DNA of 64,000 nt from Bacteroidales bacterium (GTDB taxonomy: Bacteria > Bacteroidota > Bacteroidia > Bacteroidales > FEN-979): contig JBBRTX010000016.1 in the NCBI GenBank assembly GCA_038244085.1, positions 19,736 through 83,735 on the forward strand, in the 5' to 3' direction. Below are positions 56,434 through 64,000 of this stretch, piece after piece (the stretch's first letter is position 1; each line of letters starts with the position of its first letter). The notes below the pieces were generated by a model. It saw nothing but the letters and a program-made list of their open reading frames with translations. It did no database searches and was not told the DNA's origin. The translations under genes were made by a program, and so were the position numbers.

Positions 56434-56796
56434 CTAATCCTCCATGAAACACTTTTTAAACGCTTCATCGGGGATCATGCAGGTACTCCTTTTCCCAAAC
56501 CAACGGTAACGGTGCCTTGCAACAAACCGGTAAACGGGATTCCGGAGAAAGGCCGGAATGATGATCAGTGCATACAGCCATTTCCACGGAGGAGAAAGGG
56601 CTCTGAAAACCCTGAGTACCGCTGTTGATTGTGTATAGACCTTGTGGTTTTCAATCAGTACCACGGTCACTGATTCGGGATTTTGGTTGAGAAATTTGTA
56701 ATAGAACACGCTTCTGCTGTCCTTCCGGATCACAAATTGAACAAAGCCGTTGCAAAGATTGCAATAGCCGTCGAAGAGAAGGATTTTTGTCATCAA
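56434..56796 (-). CDS. Thiol-disulfide oxidoreductase DCC family (DUF393)
   Basis: 120 aa with ILLFDGYCNLCNGFVQFVIRKD, the DxxCxxC signature. Confidence 0.8.
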   Translation of the reverse strand: MMTKILLFDGYCNLCNGFVQFVIRKDSRSVFYYKFLNQNPESVTVVLIENHKVYTQSTAVLRVFRALSPPWKWLYALIIIPAFLRNPVYRFVARHRYRWFGKRSTCMIPDEAFKKCFMED

Positions 56797-56799
56797 TCT

Positions 56800-58530
56800 T
56801 TACATGTTTTCATCCTCCATCCCTCCAAACAACAAAAAGGCGTAGAAGAAGGCAAAGAAGGTCACGCCTGCCTGCGTTTCGATCGTGTCCTCCGGGATCA
56901 TAGAGATCATGGCAATGATAAAGAAAATCATGAAGAAGTAATCCCGGAACTTCCCGAGGAGATAGGGTGGATAGATGATCGCAAAAAGGAACCAGATCAA
57001 TCCGAAGATGCCGAAACCAATGAAGATGGATAAAAACTGGTCGTGTGATCGCCACCGCTGATCCGGTGCCAGTTTGGTATGCATCTTCTCATATTGCCGC
57101 TGAAAGGCCTCATTCATATCTCCTGTGCCAACACCAATCAGCCAGTTTTCCCTGATGATCCCGCGGGAAGCCTTCCAGAATTCCAACCGCTGCATCAAAC
57201 TGGAACCTGTTGGATTGCCGGTGGATTCATATTCATCATACCCCCACAACAATTCATAGATCAGGCCACGGATACTGAGGTTTTTGGTGAAAATGACATT
57301 GGCTGTTCCGTTTTCAACGGCCCGGATCTCATTATCAGAAAGTGCATTGACGCCATTTTCATCCTTATGCATCCCTTTCGAGGTCAGAAACCGTATCAGG
57401 GTACTTACCAGCGGCTGTTTTTTCCGGTCCAGGCTGTCAAAGGAGATCTTGCTTCTTTTATTCCAGGCCTCCCGCATTTCTTCGAACTGAATATAGAGAT
57501 AAACCAGGTGGCCATTCTCCGTGACCTCACTGAGTGTGTCGTTCAGGTAAGGATTACCCTTGGGAGAGACCTGCTCCAGTTTTGAAAAATCAACTTTATT
57601 GATGTGATGGTAATCATGATAAACCTTGGATAAGTATAGTGATATCCCAATAATCCCTAGGGTCATAAAGATCACGAAACTGATTTTCAGCCATTCCTTT
57701 TTGACCGTAAACAACATGAGAAACAGCATTACCAGGAGCGTGAGGCTTGTCACAACCAAGCCGGTACCGGATTTGGTCAGAACCATGTAGAAAACAAACC
57801 ATACGATCAGGAAACCAAATACGACCTTCAATCCTGCCGGGAAGATCCGTTTCCGGGTGATGAAATTTCCAAGGATGAAGATGGAAAAAGAAATGAGCAG
57901 GGAAACGATAATGTGTGAGATGGATTTCGAGACATCACGAATGTCCACGAAATTCATATGAACCAGGTTATACGTATTGATCAGCGTCCTGGAAAAGACG
58001 GATGCCACAAATAAAAGCAGGAGCCAGTTAAAGTCCTGCCGGCCGAAAGCACGGGTGGTTGAAATGAACAGAGGCAACAGAAACAGCGGCAGTTTGGTTC
58101 GGAGATCCTTGAGTGCATAATCAAAATCAGTGGTAATCAATAATCCCGCCACATGCAACAGAAGGATGGAACTAAAGATCAGGGCAGGCTTGTTTTTAAA
58201 GAAGATCCGGAACTTTGCGATGGTGCTCAGCCCGAGCAGGTACAACAGCATTGGTAAGAGGAAGATAATCCTTCGGAAAAGTGCATTCTGCCTCCAGAAA
58301 TGCTGGAGTTTATGCAGATCGTATCTTTCCAGGACAAAAGTGCCGGTGAGGATGAACTGCGAAAGACTCATCATGAATTTTGAATGAGGCAGAGAGGCAA
58401 TCATCAGCGCAAAGCCAAAAACATAGGCAAAACGAATGAACTGGCTGAAGATTTTTTCAACCATTCCCATCTCCGGCATCATTTTTCGCCTGTCACCCAA
58501 AAACCCAGTCTTCAAAAATTCACTGATCAT
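56800..58530 (-). CDS. O-antigen ligase-like (Wzy_C family) polytopic membrane protein
   Basis: About 576 aa with more than 10 TM helices and a large periplasmic loop, followed by ...RSHDQFLSIFIGFGIFGL.... The start is set at ATG 58530, which forms an ATGA overlap with the GT2 stop. Confidence 0.5.
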   Translation of the reverse strand: MISEFLKTGFLGDRRKMMPEMGMVEKIFSQFIRFAYVFGFALMIASLPHSKFMMSLSQFILTGTFVLERYDLHKLQHFWRQNALFRRIIFLLPMLLYLLGLSTIAKFRIFFKNKPALIFSSILLLHVAGLLITTDFDYALKDLRTKLPLFLLPLFISTTRAFGRQDFNWLLLLFVASVFSRTLINTYNLVHMNFVDIRDVSKSISHIIVSLLISFSIFILGNFITRKRIFPAGLKVVFGFLIVWFVFYMVLTKSGTGLVVTSLTLLVMLFLMLFTVKKEWLKISFVIFMTLGIIGISLYLSKVYHDYHHINKVDFSKLEQVSPKGNPYLNDTLSEVTENGHLVYLYIQFEEMREAWNKRSKISFDSLDRKKQPLVSTLIRFLTSKGMHKDENGVNALSDNEIRAVENGTANVIFTKNLSIRGLIYELLWGYDEYESTGNPTGSSLMQRLEFWKASRGIIRENWLIGVGTGDMNEAFQRQYEKMHTKLAPDQRWRSHDQFLSIFIGFGIFGLIWFLFAIIYPPYLLGKFRDYFFMIFFIIAMISMIPEDTIETQAGVTFFAFFYAFLLFGGMEDENM

Positions 58531-59300
58531 AATTTCTGTAATTCGATGGTCTTCGCAACTTTTATTGAGCCATAAAAAGCCGCCAGAAAAGACCATAAAA
58601 AGCCGGGATATCCGTCAAGGAATCCTGCCCTGATAAAATAGATGGTGAAAAAAGTTACCGGGAACTTAAACACTACCCAAAGCTTATGGAACCGCTTCCC
58701 GGATTTAACATATCCTTCGGCTGCAAATGTGGTATACCGGTTGGTCTTATCGATATGATTTTCAAAACTTGAATAAGAATAATGAAGGAAGGATCCGCTG
58801 ATCTTTCCAATCGAGCCCTCCACTTTTATCTCTTCATGCACGGGAACCTGGGTAAATTTACCTTTTTTTCTGTTAAAGAGGCGGAGAATATATTCATGTC
58901 CCAGTCCCGAATGACGCATGACCCTCCCCAGGTAAACCAGCTGGCGCAGGATTTTATATCCGGCAAAGGGAATTTCATCCATATTCATCAAATCCCGGAT
59001 ATGCTTTCCGAGTTCTTCCGAAAGCGCTTCATCGGCATCCAGCGAAAGGATCCAGTCATGGGAAGCCTGGTCAACCGCAAACTGTTTTTGTGCTCCATAG
59101 CCTGCAAATTCGCGGCTGATCACCCTGCAATCCATGTTTCTGCAAATCTCAACGGTGCGGTCGGAAGAAAGAGAGTCCACCACCAAAATCTCATCTGCAA
59201 CAGCTTTTACAGAGGCGAGGCAGCGGGCAATATTTTTCTCCTCGTTAAAGGTGATGATGGCAACCGTTAATTTATGCATGTTGTTGTTTTTATTTTTCAA
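58527..59300 (-). CDS. Glycosyltransferase family 2
   Basis: 257 aa with the N-terminal GT-A motif LTVAIITFNEEKNIARCL...VVDSLSSDRT and DADE. Confidence 0.85.
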   Translation of the reverse strand: MKNKNNNMHKLTVAIITFNEEKNIARCLASVKAVADEILVVDSLSSDRTVEICRNMDCRVISREFAGYGAQKQFAVDQASHDWILSLDADEALSEELGKHIRDLMNMDEIPFAGYKILRQLVYLGRVMRHSGLGHEYILRLFNRKKGKFTQVPVHEEIKVEGSIGKISGSFLHYSYSSFENHIDKTNRYTTFAAEGYVKSGKRFHKLWVVFKFPVTFFTIYFIRAGFLDGYPGFLWSFLAAFYGSIKVAKTIELQKL

Positions 59301-60081
59301 TGATAAAACGGTCCCAGTCGCAGGCTACCGGAAAGGATTTTCTGAAACTGACCAGTGGTTCCAGGGGAAGGGAAATATCATAGACTCCGGGTTCTGAACC
59401 GGCATCCAGCAATATTCTTCCCTTCGGGTCCACCACCAGCGATTCTCCGGAATGAGGTGTTCCGTAACCATCGTTCCCGATACGGTTGATGCCGATCACG
59501 TATGCCTGGTTCTCGATTGCCCTTGCCACAAGAAGGGATTTCCAGGCATGACGGCGGCTTTCAGGCCAGTTTGCCACAAATACCTGCAGATCATATTCAA
59601 AATGACCATTGGTAAAGGTGTTCCGCGTCCAGACAGGAAACCGGAGATCATAACAAACCAGGGGCTGAACATTCCAGTCTTTTATTTCTACATTGATTTT
59701 TTTGCTTCCCCCCGAAAAAACCTTGTACTCATCACTCATCCGGAAAAGATGCTTCTTATCATACCAGCTGAGCGATCCGTCGGGATCCGCAATGATACAA
59801 CGGTTATAGTAGTTTCCGTCCTCCCTGATCATTAAACTGCCTATTATCGTGGCTTTGGCGAGTTGTGCCGTCGCTTTCAAAAACGCAACGGAATCGCCAC
59901 TCATTTCCTCTGCACAACGATCAGGCTGTGTGGAAAATCCTGTGGCAAACATCTCGGGAAAAAGAATAAGATCTTTCCCCGGAGAAACTTTCTTCATCCA
60001 CTCCCCAAACTGTTTAAGGTTCGCAGCAGAATCTTCCCAGAAAAGGGCAGTCTGGATGAATGAAACATTAAGTTCCGACAT
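59290..60081 (-). CDS. Carbon-nitrogen hydrolase family amidohydrolase (YafV/omega-amidase-like)
   Basis: 263 aa of nitrilase-superfamily pattern (ILFPEMFATGFS ... KKHLF ... LVCYDLRFP). Confidence 0.8.
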   Translation of the reverse strand: MSELNVSFIQTALFWEDSAANLKQFGEWMKKVSPGKDLILFPEMFATGFSTQPDRCAEEMSGDSVAFLKATAQLAKATIIGSLMIREDGNYYNRCIIADPDGSLSWYDKKHLFRMSDEYKVFSGGSKKINVEIKDWNVQPLVCYDLRFPVWTRNTFTNGHFEYDLQVFVANWPESRRHAWKSLLVARAIENQAYVIGINRIGNDGYGTPHSGESLVVDPKGRILLDAGSEPGVYDISLPLEPLVSFRKSFPVACDWDRFIIEK

Positions 60082-60142
60082 GATCAGTGATTCTTTAATC
60101 CGGTAAAATTAAAAATAGTTCCCCTTTTCCGTCTGAAAATTT

Positions 60143-60150
60143 TAATTTTG
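60143..60150 (+). promoter_or_regulatory. -7 box (TAATTTTG) upstream of pgk
   Basis: TAnnTTTG match 25 nt upstream of the ATG at 60176. Confidence 0.4.
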
Positions 60151-60175
60151 TGTTATTACTTAAAAAAAGATAGCT

Positions 60176-61366
60176 ATGCAAACCATTGACGATATAAACT
60201 TCAAAGACAAAAAGGCACTGATCAGGGTTGACTACAATGTACCACTGGATGCCACTTTCCATATCACAGATCCTTCACGTATCGATGCCACGATCCCGAC
60301 CATAAAAAAGATTTTTGCCGATGGCGGTTCCGTTATCCTGATGTCGCATCTTGGCCGTCCGAAAGGCGGGCCCGAAGATAAGTTTTCCCTCAAACACCTT
60401 CTTCCTTACCTCTCCGAAAAACTGGGGACGACGGTGAAGTTTGCCAGCGATTGCATCGGACAGGAGGCAACAGACCTGACAGCCACTCTGAAACCAGGGG
60501 AAGCCCTGCTGCTGGAAAACCTGCGTTTTTACAAGGAGGAGGAAAAAGGTGACGTTGAATTTGCCAAAAAGCTCTCCATCCTCGGAGACGTTTATGTCAA
60601 TGATGCTTTTGGAACAGCTCACCGGGCACATGCCTCCACGGCCATCATTGCGATGTTCTTCCCAAAGAACAAATGTTTCGGATACCTGATGGCCAGCGAG
60701 ATTACCAACCTGAACAAGGTGATCAGGGAGGCAAAACGACCCTTTACTGCTATCCTTGGCGGGGCAAAAGTCTCAGGGAAAATCGAAGTCATCAACCACC
60801 TGATGGACAAAGTGGATAACATGGTTGTTGGCGGAGGAATGATGTTTACCTTCATCAAAGCGCTGGGGGGACAGGTAGGTGATTCGCTAGTGGAGGAAGA
60901 ACTGCTTGAACTGGCCTCCAACACAGTCGAAGGAGCCAAAACCCTCGGTGTTAATTTCTATCTCCCGTCGGACGCGGTGATTGCCAATGCCTTTTCCAAT
61001 GAAGCAGAGCGAAAGGAAACCAGCGCTTACGATATTCCTGATACATGGATGGGATTGGATATCGGTACCATGACCCGGGAAAAATTTGGTCACATCATCG
61101 AGAAATCAGCCACCATCCTCTGGAATGGACCGATGGGCGTTTTTGAGATGAGCAACTTTGAAGAAGGAACCCGTTTTGTAGCCGAAGCCATTGCCAAGGC
61201 CACCGATAACGGAGCTTTCTCGGTGGTCGGTGGCGGGGATTCTGTTACCGCAATCGACAAATTCGGGCTGGCCGATCGCATCAGCTATGTTTCTACCGGA
61301 GGTGGCGCCATGCTCGAATTCATGGAAGGGAAGGACCTCCCGGGAATCAAAGCCATGGAGGAGTGA
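60176..61366 (+). CDS. pgk: Phosphoglycerate kinase
   Basis: 396 aa with [28 protein letters not shown] and [13 protein letters not shown]. Confidence 0.97.
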   Translation: MQTIDDINFKDKKALIRVDYNVPLDATFHITDPSRIDATIPTIKKIFADGGSVILMSHLGRPKGGPEDKFSLKHLLPYLSEKLGTTVKFASDCIGQEATDLTATLKPGEALLLENLRFYKEEEKGDVEFAKKLSILGDVYVNDAFGTAHRAHASTAIIAMFFPKNKCFGYLMASEITNLNKVIREAKRPFTAILGGAKVSGKIEVINHLMDKVDNMVVGGGMMFTFIKALGGQVGDSLVEEELLELASNTVEGAKTLGVNFYLPSDAVIANAFSNEAERKETSAYDIPDTWMGLDIGTMTREKFGHIIEKSATILWNGPMGVFEMSNFEEGTRFVAEAIAKATDNGAFSVVGGGDSVTAIDKFGLADRISYVSTGGGAMLEFMEGKDLPGIKAMEE

Positions 61367-62358
61367 AGAAAATCATCCTGAGCCGGACCGACAACCTCGG
61401 CGACGTCATTCTTACCTTGCCCATGGCTGGCGTGCTTAAAAAGCAGTTCCCCGGCATAGAGATCGTCTTCCTGGGGAAAAGCTATACACGACCCATCATC
61501 AGCCTGTGCGAAAACATCGATCATTTCATCGACTGGGATGAATTACGGATGGAACCTTCAAAAGCCATCCGAATTTTCAAAGAATTGCAAGCCGATGCAA
61601 TCATCCATGTATTTCCGTCAAAGGAAATTTGCTACATCGCACGGAAAGCCGGCATTCCATTGCGAATTGCCACAACCGGCAGGATCTATCATTGGTTTTG
61701 CTGTAACCGGCTGGTGAAAATGTCGCGCCTCCGCTCTGATCTGCATGAGGCCCAACTGAACCTGAAAATGCTCGAGCCGTTGGGTGTAAAACAGTCATTT
61801 GATTTGAAGGAGATTGTAAAATTTTATGGATTGAATGGATCGGATCTTCCCTCACCATCAGGGATCGAACCGCCATTATCCGGTAAAAAGTTCAATCTCA
61901 TCCTTCATCCCAAATCAAAAGGTAGCGCGCGCGAATGGGGCCTTGATAACTATTCCCGGCTGATCAGTCTGCTCCCCGAGACACAATTCCGGATTTTTAT
62001 TACAGGGACACGGCAGGAAGGCGACCGGATGCTGGATTTCCTGGAAACCTGGAAAGACCGTTTGACCGACCTGACCGGCAAGATGACGCTGGCAGAACTC
62101 ATCGCTTTCATCAATGCCTGCGACGGGCTGGTTGCCGCGAGTACCGGCCCCCTGCACATAGCCGCAGCGCTGGGAAAGCGTGTCATCGGGCTTTATGCCC
62201 CCATGCGGCCCATCTTTCCTGCCCGGTGGGCTCCCCTGGGCGATAAGGCTTCCTTCCTGGTCCTGGATAAAAAGTGCAACGACTGCAGGAAAAGCGGGGA
62301 TTGTAAATGTATCCGGGACATTAATGCGGAACAGGTTGCAGAGATGCTGAAGAAGTAA
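61363..62358 (+). CDS. Glycosyltransferase family 9 (heptosyltransferase-like)
   Basis: 331 aa with the N-terminal [17 protein letters not shown] and C-terminal ...[12 protein letters not shown].... The GTG start overlaps the pgk stop (GTGA). Confidence 0.8.
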   Translation: MKKIILSRTDNLGDVILTLPMAGVLKKQFPGIEIVFLGKSYTRPIISLCENIDHFIDWDELRMEPSKAIRIFKELQADAIIHVFPSKEICYIARKAGIPLRIATTGRIYHWFCCNRLVKMSRLRSDLHEAQLNLKMLEPLGVKQSFDLKEIVKFYGLNGSDLPSPSGIEPPLSGKKFNLILHPKSKGSAREWGLDNYSRLISLLPETQFRIFITGTRQEGDRMLDFLETWKDRLTDLTGKMTLAELIAFINACDGLVAASTGPLHIAAALGKRVIGLYAPMRPIFPARWAPLGDKASFLVLDKKCNDCRKSGDCKCIRDINAEQVAEMLKK

Positions 62359-62368
62359 GTTGCTGCTG

Positions 62369-62845
62369 TTAACTGAAGATCTTCATGAGCCGGGGAAACA
62401 TCGGTTGGACGGAAGCATAGAAAAGCGACTTCTCTTTGATCTCTTTTTTCAGGAACCTGTCATGCGGATCAGCCATGGCGAAAATGTATAACAGGATGCT
62501 GATGATCAGAAAACCCTTGATGATTCCCAGCAGGCCCCCTGCCAGATGATTTAACAGGCTCATCCCGACCAGATCGACAAGCTTTTCCAGCGCTTTGCCA
62601 AGGATCATTACCCCGATTACCACGAGAAGGAACATGACAATGAAGGAGATGACCGGTAACCAGTTGCCGGAGGGATTTATATACTCCATCAGGATTCCGT
62701 CCAGAAACCCGGAGAAATGAATGGCTGCATATATACCGAGAACCAGTGCAATAAGGGAGGCAAGGCTGATGATAAAACCTTTCCTCACCCCGTTGAAAAC
62801 GAACAGGGCCATCAGGCAAAGGATGCAAATATCCAGGTAGTTCAT
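62369..62845 (-). CDS. cvpA: CvpA-family (colicin V production) membrane protein
   Basis: 158 aa with 4 TM helices and N-terminal NYLDICILCLMALFVFNGVRKGFI. Confidence 0.8.
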   Translation of the reverse strand: MNYLDICILCLMALFVFNGVRKGFIISLASLIALVLGIYAAIHFSGFLDGILMEYINPSGNWLPVISFIVMFLLVVIGVMILGKALEKLVDLVGMSLLNHLAGGLLGIIKGFLIISILLYIFAMADPHDRFLKKEIKEKSLFYASVQPMFPRLMKIFS

Positions 62846-62849
62846 CGGA

Positions 62850-63596
62850 TCATTTTCTCAACCGGGAAGTCAGCTCGGTACCAAAGACAAATTGATCCAG
62901 TTCCTCGTTATCTGCAGTGAGTATGGTCTCCTTGTTTCCGGTCCACCAAAGTTGTCCCTTGTAAATGTACGCCACATGATCGCCAATGCTCAGCACCGAG
63001 TTCATGTCGTGGGTGTTAACAATGGTGGTGATTTTGTATTCGTAAGTAATCTCGTAGATCAGGTGATCGATAACGCCGGCTGTCTGGGGATCGAGACCCG
63101 AATTCGGTTCATCACAGAAAAGATACTTTGGCTTCATGGAAATAGCACGGGCGATGGCTACCCGCTTGATCATCCCGCCACTCAATTCGGAAGTACGAAG
63201 ATGATTTGAATTTTCAAGATTAACCCGTTTCAGCACAAAATTCACACGCTCCTGTTTTTCTTCCAACGATTGAGTGGTGAACATGTCGAGCGGGAACATC
63301 ACATTTTCCTCAACTGTCATGGAATCAAAAAGCGCCCCGCCCTGGAAGAGCATTCCAATTTCCTGCCGGATATCTTTTCTTTGATGAAAGCTCATGGAAG
63401 AGAAATTCCTTCCGTCATAAACCACTTTTCCGGAATCCACCTCGTATAAGCCGACCAGGCATTTCATCAGCACGGTTTTTCCGGAGCCGCTCTGGCCGAT
63501 GATCAGGTTGGTCTTGCCTTCTTCAAAACAGAAAGTGATGTCTTTCAGGACCTGTGTCTCTCCGAAATACTTGTTGATTCTTTGTACCTGGATCAT
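62850..63596 (-). CDS. mlaF: ABC transporter ATP-binding protein (MlaF-like)
   Basis: 248 aa with Walker A GQSGSGKT, signature LSGGMIKR and Walker B LFCDEP. ATGA overlap with the upstream permease. Confidence 0.8.
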   Translation of the reverse strand: MIQVQRINKYFGETQVLKDITFCFEEGKTNLIIGQSGSGKTVLMKCLVGLYEVDSGKVVYDGRNFSSMSFHQRKDIRQEIGMLFQGGALFDSMTVEENVMFPLDMFTTQSLEEKQERVNFVLKRVNLENSNHLRTSELSGGMIKRVAIARAISMKPKYLFCDEPNSGLDPQTAGVIDHLIYEITYEYKITTIVNTHDMNSVLSIGDHVAYIYKGQLWWTGNKETILTADNEELDQFVFGTELTSRLRK

Positions 63597-64000
63597 GTCA
63601 GCAGGAGTTGTGTGAGTACCAGGTTGAACAGGATGATCAGGATACTGCTGACCACCACTGCCTTGGTGCTGGCCTGGCCTACTTCGAGAGCTCCCCCTTT
63701 TGTGATATAGCCATAGAATCCTGAAATGGAAGAAATGATAAAGGCAAAAAAGACGGTTTTAATGAGGGAATAAAAGACGGTGAAACCTTGAAAATCAACT
63801 CGTATCCCGGCAATATAATCCGGTGTGGAAACCAGCCCTGATGCGATCATGGCCAGCCATCCACCCAGGATGCCGAGCCACATGCTGAAGGTGATGAGAA
63901 TCGGGTTGATCAGCAGGGCGGCAACGACTTTTGGGAAAATCAGGTAGTTGGCCGAGTTAACCCCCATGATCTCCAGGGCATCGATTTGTTCGGTGACCCG
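63593..64000 (-). CDS. mlaE: MlaE-family ABC transporter permease, C-terminal part (gene runs off the right edge)
   Basis: The reading frame stays open to the window end. The last codons read ...RVTEQIDALEIMGVNSANYLIFPKV..., the conserved MlaE EQIDAL motif, so the track's Met at 63967 is internal. Confidence 0.75.
   Translation of the reverse strand, partial: RVTEQIDALEIMGVNSANYLIFPKVVAALLINPILITFSMWLGILGGWLAMIASGLVSTPDYIAGIRVDFQGFTVFYSLIKTVFFAFIISSISGFYGYITKGGALEVGQASTKAVVVSSILIILFNLVLTQLLLT

Overview
This 64-kb window looks like a gene-dense core-chromosome segment from a Bacteroidota (FCB-group) organism. The signs are a T9SS C-terminal sorting domain, a FISUMP lipoprotein, an atpBEFHAG operon without atpDC, almost no Shine-Dalgarno sequences, and TAnnTTTG -7 boxes in front of most operons. 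Nearly every long ORF has a recognisable family. Left to right: (1) a minus-strand complex I operon nuoABCDEFGHIJK plus the start of nuoL, carrying the NuoEF NADH-input module and an unusually short 320-aa NuoG. (2) A DAACS transporter, a small membrane protein and a FISUMP lipoprotein. (3) A tightly coupled seven-gene hdrCBA-flxDCBA operon (heterodisulfide-reductase-like plus NADH-dehydrogenase-like, with MvhD). (4) A PstS-like, TPR, exbB-exbD-exbD-tonB cluster. (5) A second, clearly divergent 11-subunit complex I operon nuoABCDHIJKLMN without nuoEFG. (6) DUF3109 and ferritin. (7) F-type ATP synthase atpBEFHAG. (8) TolC plus a periplasmic adaptor, tsaB, DoxX, a HutD-like gene and ispG. (9) A truncated four-helix-bundle gene, a T9SS-secreted beta-propeller protein, and envelope genes: lipid kinase, AsmA, DCC, O-antigen-ligase-like, GT2, amidohydrolase, pgk, GT9, cvpA and MlaFE-like. 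By eye I found no rRNA, tRNA, CRISPR array, transposase, integrase, phage or recognisable defence genes, and I do not see a clear-cut new system. The most unusual content is bioenergetic: Flx-Hdr in a Bacteroidota context with no obvious thiol partner, two different complex I operons, and a truncated NuoG. There is also a small dispersed ~45-bp repeat family and a few regulatory oddities. All family assignments come from motif reading of the translations, not from database searches.
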